From contig NW_015160220.1 of the NCBI RefSeq assembly GCF_001447785.1, forward strand, positions 429,333 to 493,332: a stretch of 64,000 nucleotides of DNA, read 5' to 3'. The notes under the pieces were generated by a model that saw only the letters and a list, made by a program, of their open reading frames with translations, ran no database searches and had not been told where the DNA came from. This document shows positions 12,304 to 24,618 of this stretch, one piece after another (position 1 is the first letter of the stretch; the number at the start of each line of letters is the position of its first letter). This DNA is from Gekko japonicus (lineage: Eukaryota). The position numbers were made by a program, and so were the translations under genes.

Positions 12304-13063
12304 TGCCCACCTCTTCCCTGCTCATAATGCACAGTTCCAGTTCAACTTGGCTTCTTTCCATAGATTGTCACTGTTTCCTTGCGTTTCAGTTTCTCAGCCT
12401 GTTCCCAGCTTTGCTTCACTGCCTTTAGTTATCCTGAGTTTGGATCTGTCCTCACACAACTGCTCTCTCTCCTTCCCTACCATTCATTGCCTCTGTTATG
12501 TTCTGAGTTTATTCTATGCTGTTTGGTTATGGGTTGTGCTAAGGTATCCTAGTTTCCTTTGTCGTAATTGGCTGTCTAATAAAGACCTTCTAGTGGTCCT
12601 GAAGCCATACAGAGTACCCTATCAGGAAGCTCCACTTAGGTCCAATCAGACCTCATGAAAGTAGCAACATTGTATATAGTTCAATATTGGAATGGTATAA
12701 GTCTGGGTGCCGCTCTTATCAGAGCAGATCAGAGCTGAGTAATGTTATGAATAAAGCCTTGAACTGAGAATCGTCTCCCGCCTTTCAATACACTAAAGCC
12801 TCCTGTGTGTGTGGTTTACTCAACCCTTCCACATTTTCGTTTGTTTTTTAATATTTCTGTCTCACCTTATGAAACAAGTCTTTCCAAGGAGGCTAAAAGA
12901 AACATGTACAAACATGACATGTAATAAATGAAAGTAGGAAACTTTCAGCACTGGTCAAAGTTGAAAGCCAATAGCAGCAGCAGCAGCAGCAGCTATTGGC
13001 AGTCCTTGGTCCTGCACTCAGATTGGGAGAGGCTGCAGGTGGTTGACAGCTGGCCATGCAAAT

Positions 13064-13414
13064 GGTTGAGATGATATCTGGCATCGATTGGCATTCATCA
13101 GCTTCCACTGGTCGTAGCCAAGCCAAAATAAAGCTAAGGGAAATGTTATGAATACGTGGGACAGCAGAGCTTATAAAATCTATCACATCACATACCCTCA
13201 CTGGCACTGTCATTCTATTTAGACATGACACACATTTCCGGTTGAGATGATATCTGGCATCAATTGGCATTCATCAGCTTCCACTGGTAGTAGCCAAGCC
13301 AAAATAAAACTAAGGGAAATTTTATGAATACGTGGGACAGCAGAGCTTATAAAATCTATCACATCGCATACCCTCACTGGCACTGTCATTCTATTTAGAC
13401 ATGACACACATTTC
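13064..13414. repeat. Tandem duplication, 176-bp period
   Basis: Copies at 13064-13238 and 13240-13414 differ by 5 substitutions. Confidence 0.9.
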
Positions 13415-13829
13415 TGCACTTATCCTTCTTTACCCTGTAATCTCTTAAATGGAACATGTCAGTTACAAGAAAGAGGATATGATTAGTAAAAATGCTTGTA
13501 ACTTGATGCCTGGTGTTATGACAGCCTGGTTGGTCCTGCAGCGGGGCTTGGATGTTGAAGACGTGGCTCAGTCACTGTGGAAATAACTGGATTTGATGGT
13601 TCATTGCATTCCTTAGTTTAAGACTTCAGTTTTAAACCACATACTTTGCTATCTGTTTTATGGGACCATAGGTTAAGTTGCTGGTGATTCTTTCAATTGC
13701 ATTTTTAAAAAGCATGGGGTTTTGTGTTGTTTTTATCATAGTTGTTGCGAGTTGCTTCCACCTGCAAGGCAAGGTAACTTCTATAAATTGTGGTCACTAG
13801 ACTCAAGGCAGGTACTGGAAATATAAGCA

Positions 13830-14365
13830 GCCAAGACCTAATTTGACACTTATGTTGTGGGTATGTCCAATTATCATGCCATTGTGGTATATATTAATAG
13901 ACATATTAATTTATTCATTGGAATTTAACACACTTACCTAATGCTGGAGTATATGCCTTCTTCCTGAAGCCTCTTTACAGACTCTGGATCTTACAAACTG
14001 GCAGTAGCTAAACCAATAACTCTTCTAAAGGGGAAAGCAAAAGCTATGCTACACATTGAAATATGGATTAGAGCAATATTGGACCTTCTGGCTAAAGAAA
14101 GAGTTGTCTTTGAAAGGTGAGAAGCAAATGTAAAATATCTTAACATGCAGTCTGAATGTGTGGATTTATTTCAGTATTAACAGGAATAATTTTTCATTTT
14201 GTTTTGTATTGTCTGTTTTACAAATTGTATGATTTATTCATGGGGTGCAGACTTCTTTTCTCAGGCATGGTACTGAATTTCCTCCTGTCTTCTGTTAACT
14301 GTCATTTTGTTTTAACATCATTTTGGTAACTTTTTCTTAATAAATTAAACTGAAAAAGAAAAAAA
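13830..14365 (+). mobile_element. Old L1-like LINE 3' end
   Basis: Peptide KLAVAKPITLLK...IEIWIRAILDLLAKERVVFER, then a T-rich UTR, AATAAA and an A-rich tail. Confidence 0.55.
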
Positions 14366-14513
14366 GCACAGTATCTATTATTTAAATAAGATGTAAATAA
14401 ACTGGATGGTAGTTAATGAAAACCAAAACCATTAAAACCAAAGCAGTATTAAATCCCACAGGGAGTTGCATGCTATTTGCATAGGTTTTGGTCTTCTGTT
14501 CATGGGGTGCAGT

Positions 14514-14718
14514 CAGTGTTCCCTCTAAGCTGAGTTAGTGTGAGCTAGCTCACAATTTTTTAGCCTCCAGCTCACACATTTTTGTCTTAGCTCAGGAAGA
14601 TGTCTCCTGAGCAAACGAATGTATGCAGTAGCCAAACTGCTTGCTCACAACTTTAAAGCCAGTTGCTCACAAAGTAGAATTTTTGCTCACAAGACTCCAC
14701 AGTTTAGAGGGAGCATTG
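14514..14718. mobile_element. hAT MITE (CAGTGTTCCCTCTAAG TIR)
   Basis: TIRs plus an 8-bp TSD GGTGCAGT/GTTGCAGT. Same family as 22049-22466, in the opposite orientation. Confidence 0.88.
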
Positions 14719-15007
14719 GTTGCAGTCTATTCATCTGTGCTCTGTAGAGTAATATAACAGTCCTACTGATGTCTCTAGTATTACTTGACTTTTTTGTCCT
14801 CATTTTGTAGCAAAATGTCCTTTAGGTGACCTGTCCAGACATTTGATGATTCTGAAATGGAGGCTGGCAGACAGACTCTCTTTGACACAAGATACTACAA
14901 GATGATGTTAGTTTTGTTATCACCTGGCTACCCCTCTAAAACTGCATGGTTGTATTTAATTAATGGCTTTCTGTTGTAAATCATATCCAAGGCAGCATAT
15001 GTATGTA

Positions 15008-15192
15008 CATGTGCTGTCCAGTCTCAGCAAACTTATGGCAACCTCAGCAAGGAGCTTTCATGGCAAGTGAGAAGCAGAGGTGGTTTGCCATTGCCATTGC
15101 CTTCCACTGCAGAATCTTCTTTGTTCATCTCCCATCCAGGCACTGAACCTGCTTAGGTTCCAAGATGGGATTGGATCAGGCTATACCATACC
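15008..15192 (-). mobile_element. 5S rRNA-derived SINE, diverged
   Basis: Reverse-complement homolog of 40155-40373. Confidence 0.7.
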
Positions 15193-15472
15193 ATTCTACA
15201 TCCTAAGGCAGATTACATCAGCAAATTAAATCCATACATTTTAGTGAGGGATGAGTAAAGAATGGAATTAGCACTTGCTCTGTTACTGTGGGCAATACTG
15301 TCCCCCCCATCTCAGTAGTTTAATGTTCTTTCTCCAAAACCAAAATGCATATCAGCAGTGCTACTGCAATGCTCTCGCCACAGGCTCTGTATAGCCAATA
15401 ACTGGGCAATCCCTCTCCCCACCAGGAGTAATGTGCTATTAATGCAACATTTTGTTTCAACAATGGTAAATA

Positions 15473-16339
15473 CAGCCCCATAGCCAGAATTTTTGGGGAG
15501 AGGGGGCACCGGGGGTACACATTGTGACACAGCTATTTAAATAAAATTAAATTAAATTAGCAGTGCCCCCCACCTCAATCTTCCCCCGGCTTAAACTCTC
15601 CCTCCTCTCCAGGCACAAAGGGGAGGGAGCGGAGGAGTAGCTGCCTACCCCGGCTCTTCCCACTTGGCGGGCCAGGCCAGTATTTTTGGGTCCCAAAGTC
15701 ATTGATCCTCCCTCTTCGGGGAAGGAAATGGTACCCCATTCTTGCAGACTGCTGAAATGAGACCTTTCCTATGTGATGGTGGGAAAGTTATGTGAGCTTG
15801 GCTGCCTCCTTGCTGTACACAATAATTGGGGGGCACAAACTCTCAGCCCCTATTTAGAGAGCAGAGAAGCCCCAGGTGGATGTCAGATGTAATTCATTCT
15901 GGGGGTGGGCGGGGGGGGGAAGAGCTGGGGCAGGTATGGTGGCCCCATCCAAGCAATGATACACTTTCTTTCAATGCAAAAAGCAAGCCTGACATTCTTC
16001 TCCCTCCCCTGTCCTTTGCAGAGATGCTGAAAAGCGCCTGATTTGTGAACAGGGACTCTATGGCTACCGGCCTTCACTAAGGGAGAAAGAGCCTGGGCTC
16101 TCCTGACTCCTTCTGCTGCCCCCCCCCCCCGGCAGTTCCCCAGCCAGTCTGCGGCTTGCAACCTGCCATCCTAGAGACACACATGCACCCATGACCCAGG
16201 TGGATGGTGGCATCCTGGTCTGCTTGCTTGGCTACCCCACCAAAAATTGTAATTAAATGGGGGGATTGGGGTAGGAGCACAGCAAAACCAATAGGGGGTG
16301 CGGCCTGTAGCACCCCTTCCCCGGCTGGCTATGGCCCTG
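15473..16339. mobile_element. Non-autonomous hAT element (867 bp)
   Basis: TIR CAGCCCCATAGCCAG / CTGGCTATGGCCCTG and TSD GGTAAATA/GGTAAATG. Confidence 0.75.
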
Positions 16340-16567
16340 GGTAAATGTACTCTGCTGAGAGGGTTAAGGAAGGGCCAGATAATGAGGAAATGGTAGGATG
16401 ATAGAGAGGTAGTAGGTAAGTCCTTGATGATTGAACAAGGGACATGCAGACGTTCCCCAGTTCAACCATAAACAATCCAGAGTAAATGAGTTCATTTTGC
16501 AGACATGCTCTCGATACCTAAAGAGTTGATCTTTACTCCAGACTGAGTCTTGGGACTTGTTTTAAAC

Positions 16568-17101
16568 TAGGGTTGCCAAACTCCATTTGGGGCTTGGAGA
16601 TCTCTTGGAATTATAACTGATCTTCAGACTACAGAGGTCAGTTCCTCTGGAGAAAATGGCTGCTTTGGAGGGTAGGCTGTATGAACCACATGTGCACTGA
16701 GTAGGGTTGCCAGGTCCCTTACCTCTGCTGATGGGGGCCTTTTGGGGCATTCTAGGAGGTGGAGGTTTTTGCCTTCAAAACCATAGAGTTTGCTCAATTA
16801 CCAGACCACCCCCGTGACGTTTCTGGTGTGATGACATCACTCCCAGGGGTTGTCATCACGCCAGGGGTGGTACTTCTGGTTTTACTGGAAGTAGCCCAAA
16901 AACATCATTTGGGAGTGGGATTTCACCCCACTGAGCAGCTCTCTGGTGGTGGGGAAGGCCACTCCAAAACAGGGGATCCCCCTCCCAGACCAGGGGGCTT
17001 GTGTCCCTAGCACTGAGCTCCCTCCCCTCCCCAAATTCCACCCTCTCCAGACTCCACCCCCAAATCTTCAGGAATTTCATGATCTGGAGTTGGCAAGCTT
17101 A
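16568..17101. mobile_element. hAT MITE with a nested second MITE (16702-17009)
   Basis: Both start TAGGGTTGCCA. The inner element has a perfect TSD GCACTGAG at 16694-16701 and 17010-17017. Confidence 0.85.
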
Positions 17102-17413
17102 GTGCTAACTGATGACCTCACACACTATTGTGCATCAGTTCATGGAGACAGAAGCCCCTGTTAATACTGAAACTGGGTCATGATTTCTACCTGATTTCAG
17201 GGACATCTGATACAGTCCATTCATGCCATGAGGCAACAGCATCCGAGGATTCAATGTGCCATAATAACTGGGGTTTGTTTTAGTTTGCACAGTCTGAAAA
17301 CCAGTTCAAAATGGATCTGCAGGGAGAGAGATCTTCATATGTGTTTTAAAATTTGGGGTTGGCAAAGTTAATCCAACTGAGGATTGCATTTTTGAGACAA
17401 GTATGGTGACGGT

Positions 17414-17775
17414 GGGGCCGCGTGGCTCAGAGGTTAAGACGCTGAGCTGCAGATTGGAAGGGCTGTAGTTCGGCAGTTCAGTACTCTAGTGCCGTGTGTA
17501 CTCTAGTGCCGTGTGTCGGAGTGAGCTCCCGTCTCTGGGCCCAGCTCCTGCCAACCTAGCAGTTCGAAAGCAAGAAATTGCAAGTGGATAAATAGGTACC
17601 GCTTCAGTGGGAAGGTAACAGCATTCCATTTGCCTCAGCATTTAGTCATACTGGCCACAGGACCATGGAAACATCTTTGGACAGTGCTGGCTCTTCGGCT
17701 TGGAAACAGAGATGAGCACCACCCCCTAGAGTCGGATTTGACTGGCTTTTGAGCAAGGGAAACATTTTACTTTTT
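17414..17775 (+). mobile_element. Sauria SINE, full length
   Basis: tRNA-like head, diagnostic core GCCAACCTAGCAGTTCGAAAGC...ATAAATAGGTACC and an ACCTTT-like tail. Has an internal 17-bp duplication at 17481-17514. Confidence 0.88.
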
Positions 17776-18904
17776 AATGCTGACAGTAAAATCCTAAGCA
17801 TGTACGTTCAGAAGTGATTCCCACTGAGGTTGATGGGCTTGCTTTCTAGTAAATGCATTTAAGACTGCAAGCTGATGTTATTGTTTATAAAACCTGGAGA
17901 TGGGCAACAGTGTCCAGAATAAGGAGATCCTATTGTAGACGAATAAGAAGATCCTACTGTAGTTTCGTCACTATATAATATGAATACAGAGCATAAATCC
18001 CAGTTTTTATATGTGTTGAGAGGCAGTTCACCTATCTGCACAACCGCCTTAATACTGGCCTCATTCAGTACCAGTATTAGCAGCTTCTGGCATGCAACTT
18101 CCTCATCTAAATTACCTTTACTGTGTAGAGGGCAAACAATAATGGTGGAAAAGAGCATCAGATTGGTTATTCAGACTCAAAAGGGGAATTCAGAAATTTC
18201 ATGAAGATTTATGAGCCTTTGAGCAATGTCATTATTTTGCTGGCTGTGGGCCAGAAGACTTTGTGCTAAAGCACCTCTCTCTCTCTTTTACTTCCTGGAT
18301 TCTCAGGAGGATTTAAAAAAATAGATTTGGTTGCTGCAGTGTATTTCGGTATTGATAGCTTGAAAAGGTAGTTAGAACATTTGCCTGTGAAATATTGAGA
18401 CAATCAGCTCAGGATCCAGCAAAGAACTGGGATAAATGTCTGAATGCTTGTGGATGCGGTCTTTGAGGTAGTGATGAGCATAAGCCTATTCTGCCTGAAT
18501 GCAAGAGAGTCATTAGTCAGGCTGAAAAAACACTTGGCTAAGATTCAGCAGCAACCAGTTTTTAAGGGCAACAGCAAAAGACAGTTCTGTACAAAGGCAG
18601 GCAGGACGAGGCCACAGATGAAACACAATCAAATAACAAACAGATTTCTTCAAGGTTTAATGATAAAATACTAAATTGTAATTTAAAAATTGTACATTTG
18701 AAAAAGCAATCATTTCTGCTATATAATTATCCAATCAACATATTAAGCATGATTCATATTCAGCACTAAAATCATGTTCTTCACCACTATAATACTTTCT
18801 TTATTCTGAGCTTTCTTAATAACATAGTTAACAAAAAAAAACTTGTAACACAAATAATAATTCAATAAAGAGCGGAATGGGGAGTTCAGAGTATGTGATA
18901 AAGG

Positions 18905-19613
18905 TATTTATTTATTTATTACATTTCTGGATCACCCAGTCCCTGAATACACAAGGCTCTGGGCAATTTACAACAGGTTAAAAACAGTACAAATTCCAGA
19001 TTAAAATCAACAAATCAGTTATCCTTAATTTAATAGTCTCCAGATGGCTTTCTTAATTTTAAGCAAAAATCCTCTTTTGGCAATTCTTCTATCTCATGGG
19101 CAGGTTAAGGAGGAGGCTGAAGTGGGCAGAATGGAAGAAAAGAGGGTGCCACCTATGATAGAAAACCGTTGCTGTCCTCAACCAAAAACCCGGTGCAACA
19201 TCTCTGCCTTACAGGCCCTGTGGAATTGCATTAAGTCCCACAAGGCCTTGATGGAAGTGAGCAGAGAGTTCCACCAGGTTGGAGCCAGGGCTGAGAAAGC
19301 CCTGGCTCTGGTCAAGGACAGCTGGATATCTTTCGGGCCAGGGATCACCAGCAAAATGCTCCCAGCAGAGAGTAACGCTCTCCCGGGGACATACCAGAGG
19401 AGACAGTCCCAAATATATGCAGGTTCCAGACCACTCAAGGCCTTAAAGGTCAGTACCAACCCTCAATCGGACTCGGTACTCCACTGGAAGCCAGTGCAGC
19501 AGTTGCAGCACAGGTTGTATATGTGCTGTCCATGGTGTTCCCGTCTGGACTCACGCCGCTGCATTCTGGATCAGCTGGAGTTTCCAAGTCAGTCTCAAGG
19601 AAGGCCAATGTAG
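18905..19613 (-). mobile_element. L2 LINE 3' fragment
   Basis: ORF2 C-terminus (LTFKALSGLEPAYI...TRARAFSALAPTWWNSL) followed by a (TAAA)n tail. Confidence 0.88.
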
Positions 19614-20889
19614 AAGGTAGAAGAGGGAAGGTACAATGTCAGGCTGTACATCTACAATCATGTTATGCTAGATGAGGAAAGCCAGATTCCCCAAACTTCT
19701 AATATTTAGTGCCGCACTGTATTTAATGTACTTCATTTATTCCCCATTGTTCTCCTCTCCTCCATTTTATCCCTCACAACAACCCTGTGTGGTAGATTAA
19801 GCTGAGAGTGTTCATATTAATCATTTTATTCCAGATTTGAATAACCACCACTGAGAAAGCCTATAGGAGTCACTGACTGCATTTCTGGGGATGGAAACAC
19901 ACAGGGAAAGACCTCTCCAACAGTGAATAAAGCTCTTTTAGTACTGGCAGAACCTAACACCAAACAGTAACCTTGCTACTGTGTTTTGCACTAATGGAAA
20001 CTTCCAAACAGTCCTTAAGGGCAGTCTTACATAAACTGCTTATTAATGAAAGGCTGCAGTTTATTCATCAGATTAACCACAGCAGAGCCATCATAAGTCA
20101 CAGAAGAGGATTGTGCTTCACTCTATAAAACTAAATGTTACACTACCCAGAAGCTGTGAACCTGCAGTTTTAAGATAAGTGCAACTATCCATAATCCTCT
20201 GTTAGTTGTATTGACAACCAGGTGGACAAGATGTCACTTGTCAGGGCTGAGCTCCAGTTTGTTAATTCCCACCCAGTTCATTGTCAGCTCAAAGCACTTG
20301 TTCCAGATTGCCACTGTCTCAACTGCGTCAGATAAAAGACAGCTGGGTGACGCTACCATATTGATGACACCTTACTCCAAATATACAGATGATCAAGGTC
20401 ACCAGCTTTATGTAGACGTTAAACAGCAAGATCAAACCTCGTAGCACAGGTGCCCACAGTGTGCTGGAATACAGCAGTACCTATTGTACAAAGAAGAAAG
20501 AAAATCCTGCAAGGGGCAGCAAGCTGTAACTAGACAGGACTGTAGGGGGAGTACCTTCCTTCAAAAATGGGGCTCTCCTTGTCAGATTGCAGATTTTCCC
20601 CAGAACTATCTAGAACCCTTTCTCAGCTAGTGAGTCAACTAAGTTCATCTCTTCTCTTTTCCATATGGTTTGTTAGTTCCATAAATAAAGCTTTTATTAC
20701 TCTTCCAGTAACATCTTTTGATATCATTCTGACAGACTAGAATCCCTAGCACATAGTGCCTTCAATATCCTTCTCAGTCAGTCAAACTTGAAAGTTTCCA
20801 CAGTCAGTGTATCTCTTCTCTAGTGAACAGCATCAGTCAGGGAAAATAAGGCAGTTCCTGTTCCAGAACCAGGGCTGGAGGTGGATTGA

Positions 20890-21462
20890 GTCCTCACGTG
20901 ACCACATGGCCCCCGCTTTGATGTAGGATAGAATATCTGCATATCGCCCCTTCCCCTTCATTAGGACGTCACCCCTTGTGGACCTATGGCCTTAGTAGAG
21001 AGGACGGACCCTGAGATTTATGGCAGGCAAAGCCAGCCCCAAAAACACAGCTTTTAAAAGAAGAAACACAGCGACTGTTTCTCTCTCTTGCTCTCTCTCT
21101 GCCCTCTGATCTCGGCCTTGCTCCCTCCTCTCCTGGCCAACCCCCCCTCCTTCCCTACCCCTACCCCCCTTCCCGACCTGCAGCTTAAGTGCTGTGGGTG
21201 AGTTTTATTGTGTTCTCTGGAATCCGGACCAGGGAACCCGCACGTGGCTTGGCTGATCCAGCTTGTGTGCTTTTAGAGTTCACCCACTGATCCTTAACCT
21301 GCCCCTTGTTTCGCTACAAGGAGATTTCTTCTCAGCTGGACCTCAGATAAGTATGACTGTATACCTATAGTGTCATCCCCCTTATTTGATGCTTTTGTTA
21401 TTTTCCATGCTGATTGTTTCTATATTCTATTGTAACTAAGGAGCTTGTGCGAATCTTGTATG
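20890..21462 (+). mobile_element. LTR-like insertion truncated by an assembly gap
   Basis: TATA-like TTTTAAAAG, CT-rich R-like tract and GGTGAGT donor. The 96-bp left flank is repeated after the gap. Confidence 0.5.
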
Positions 21463-21881
21463 NNNNNNNNNNNNNNNNNNNNNNNNNNNNNNNNNNNNNN
21501 NNNNNNNNNNNNNNNNNNNNNNNNNNNNNNNNNNNNNGTTTCCACAGTCAGTGTATCTCTTCTCTAGTGAACAGCATCAGTCAGGGAAAATAAGGCAGTT
21601 CCTGTTCCAGAACCAGGGCTGGAGGTGGATTGAATTGGATCTAGATTAAGGTTGCCAGGTCCTTCCTGGCAACCAGCAGGGGATGGGGGAGACTTACCAG
21701 TAGAAAAAAAGGCCTAGGTCACATTGCCAGCATCACATAGGAAGTGACATCATCAAGCCAGCAACTTCCAGCCAACGCTCTGGTATTTGGGCAAAATTCT
21801 GTAGTAAAACTAGCTTCTACCATAGAGCTTTTGCCCAAATACCAGCCCATCACCTGGAAGTCACTGGCATGATGATGTCAC

Positions 21882-23334
21882 CTAGAAGGTTGAGCAGCTA
21901 AAACATAGAACAAAATAATCTATTTATTACAAAGTGCATAGTAACTACAATTTTTAAAAATACATGCATAGAATGTAGCTCCAAACAGAGAGGTAGTGAG
22001 TATCATATTACATCCACATAGCATACAGCAGCAAATGTAAGTTGCATGCAATGTTCCCTTTAAGCTGTGGAGTCCTGTGAGCAAAAATTCTACTTTGTGA
22101 GCCACTGGCATTAAAGTTGTGAGCCAGCGATTGGGCTACTGCATCAATTAGTCTGCTCTAGAGCCATCCTTCCTGAGTGAGGACAAAAATGTGTGAGCTG
22201 GAGGCTAAAAAACTCTGAGCTAGCTCACACTAACTCAACTTAGAGGGAACACTGGTTGCATGCAATGTTCCCTCTAAGCCGTGGTGTCCTGTGAGCAAAA
22301 GTTCTACTTTATGAGTTACCGGCATTAAAGTTGTGAGCGAGCAATTTGGCTACTGCATAAATTAGTTTGCTCTGGAGCCATCTTTCCTGAGCGTAGACAA
22401 AAATGTCTGAGCCAGAGGCTAAAACTGTGAGCTAGCTCACACTAACTCAGCTTAGAGGGAACACTGGTTGCATGTACAATAACTAAGACCAAAATATTGG
22501 TTATACATACCATAACTACTAGACTAAATGCATATTGGCCCTGAGGGCCCTTTTCAGTGGTCTAAATACTAACAAACATTAACAACACACACTAGAAATG
22601 TAAATATGAATATCTGTTCCAGGCCAGGCAGGTTGTATGTGAATCAACATAATAGTGTAGCTCCAAATAATAGTTACAAAGTATTGATGTCAATCAGGCC
22701 TGAATCTATTGAGGAGCCCACACCCATCAAATATGATAGCTTTATGCAACCATTCTGCCCTTGGCCATTGCTGTATTCACTATGGACGAGTTCAGACTGG
22801 GAGTTCGAAGCGAGAGGGAGTCATGGCAAAAAAGACCCAGAACAAACTGTTTCGGGTTTTCCTGTTCACACTGCAGAGACTGATGCAAGAGCATACCGAG
22901 AGAAGGCGCAAGGGATCTGGCAGAGGCATGACTGTAAAGCCCGGTTTTCTTTTTGGTAATCTGGAGATATGCGCATAGGCATATAAGCACACAAGAAAAA
23001 CACGGCTTTTGGCGTCCACACTTTGTTGGTGCGGGACGGACACGGGATAATTGTGCTTTCCAAGGTTTGATACCACTTTCACCTGGTATATTTTAAACTT
23101 GGGAGGGAAGCATTACCAGATAGGTTGAGTACGGCTCAGGAAAGCTGGACAGATGTGCTTGTGTAAATGGCCCCTTTAATCTGGTTGTGGAACGGGCTCG
23201 GGAAAGCCGGACAGATGTGCTTGGCCCCTTTAATCCGGTTGTGGAACGTTTCTGAAACGTGCCTATATCGGGGCTAACTGCCAGTCTGAACTCAGCCGAT
23301 GTGTGTCCATGTGTCATCCAAAAGTGAAGAGGCG
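21882..23334 (-). mobile_element. Non-coding Penelope-like element with a decayed hammerhead (22563-22521)
   Basis: Minus strand reads AGACCA-CTGAAAA-G-GGCCC-TCA-GGGCC-AATA-TGCA-T-T-TAGTCT, homologous to 8627-8668. Has an internal ~55-60-bp tandem repeat at 23133-23248. Confidence 0.55.
22049..22466. mobile_element. Head-to-tail dimer of a hAT MITE (22049-22254, 22263-22466)
   Basis: TIRs CAATGTTCCCT / AGGGAACACTG on each unit. GTTGCATG occurs at 22041, 22255 and 22467. Confidence 0.92.
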
Positions 23335-24618
23335 ATGCCAGCAATGTGGCCTAGGGATGCCAGCAATGTGGCCTAGGCCTTCTTCTTTCTACTGGTAGGT
23401 TCCCCAGCCAGCCAGCTGATTGGCAATTGGGGGGGAAGGCCTGGCTGCAGGGGACCCCGCCTCCACCAGGTAGTCTAGCAACCCTAGTCTAGATACTATT
23501 TAATTTAATTTATTGACTTTCTTTCAGCTAAAAGAAGTCCTGAGGTTGGTTTACAACACAATAAAAGTCAATAAAACAGTGAAATTCAATGAATATTCAG
23601 TTAAAATACAATCAAAGCAGTCAGGAGTTCACATAACAAAGTCTCAGCTAAAAGCCTTTAAAAGTCCCACCAAAAAATATGGATCATGGATATTCCATCC
23701 CCAAATGAATTCTGCTTGTTGAACATCACAGTATAAGAATGTGGAACAACAGAGGAGAGATCTCACTCCTTTCTGTTCTCCTTACAAGTTGGATTTTAAT
23801 TCTCCGTATGTACAGGAAAGTAACATCAGGGGCAAATCTCAAAGTGGGAGCAAAATTTTCTTCTATAGATAGTGCATAACCACTCAGTAAGCTATTCAGT
23901 TTTCCTAATTAAAATGGACGATTCTCAGTAATATCCTATCTGGCCTTTAAAGATACATTAAAGTGATCACATCAAATCAGGATAGTATACTCACACTGGA
24001 AGGAACTGAAGGAATGCCAGTTTTATGAAGGACACCTGGGTGGATGAAGATACAGAAACGCTTGGGGAAGTACTTTCAAGCTAACACATTAGTTAGTGTG
24101 ATATTTGCAAGCTTCTGACTTCATTCCATAAAGTGAAATTCTCCCTAGGGTGTAACTTCATTCAATTAAATGTTGTCACAGCAGGCACTCAAATGTTTTA
24201 AATGTCAGATGCAACCACTGAGAAGATGCAGTTTATTTTCTCACACAACAGATGTTGAATTTCTTCCTGAAATGATGATTGGCTAATGGGATGGCATTTA
24301 TCACACTTTAGAGGGAATCCCTGTATTCTTATCCCTTTTCTATGTGTTGGAATGACAGACAAATCCAGCCAAGCTAGGCTCCTTACTATATTGATTTGAT
24401 GCATTAACAAGATAGCAAACAAAGATTTTAGGATAGTCTGGTTTTTCAGAATTCAGTGTTACAAAGCCACGCTGCTTCTGGTTGTTGTGAAAGTTTCCCT
24501 AGCATTGAAATGCAAAATGGTGGGTTGAATCCAAAGCGTGACCGGTGGAATGAAGCCAGTGGAGCAGAATTTCCCTGCCCCCCTGTGGCAATCCCCAACA
24601 TTTTATCACTGCTTTAAC

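Larger units (their letters stand above)
21647..23486. mobile_element. hAT MITE split by a ~1.45-kb insertion
   Basis: Left half 21647-21881 and right half ~23335-23486. TSD ATCTAGAT/GTCTAGAT. An uninterrupted relative is at 27153-27522. Confidence 0.75.

Noticed and set aside
11821-12658. Two ORFs with a repeated peptide
   Set aside because: Result of a tandem duplication of repeat-derived DNA, with no protein family resemblance.
22841-22873. Additional hammerhead-like motif (minus strand, ...CCCGAAACAG)
   Set aside because: The CTGAnGA box and stem I are not recoverable.
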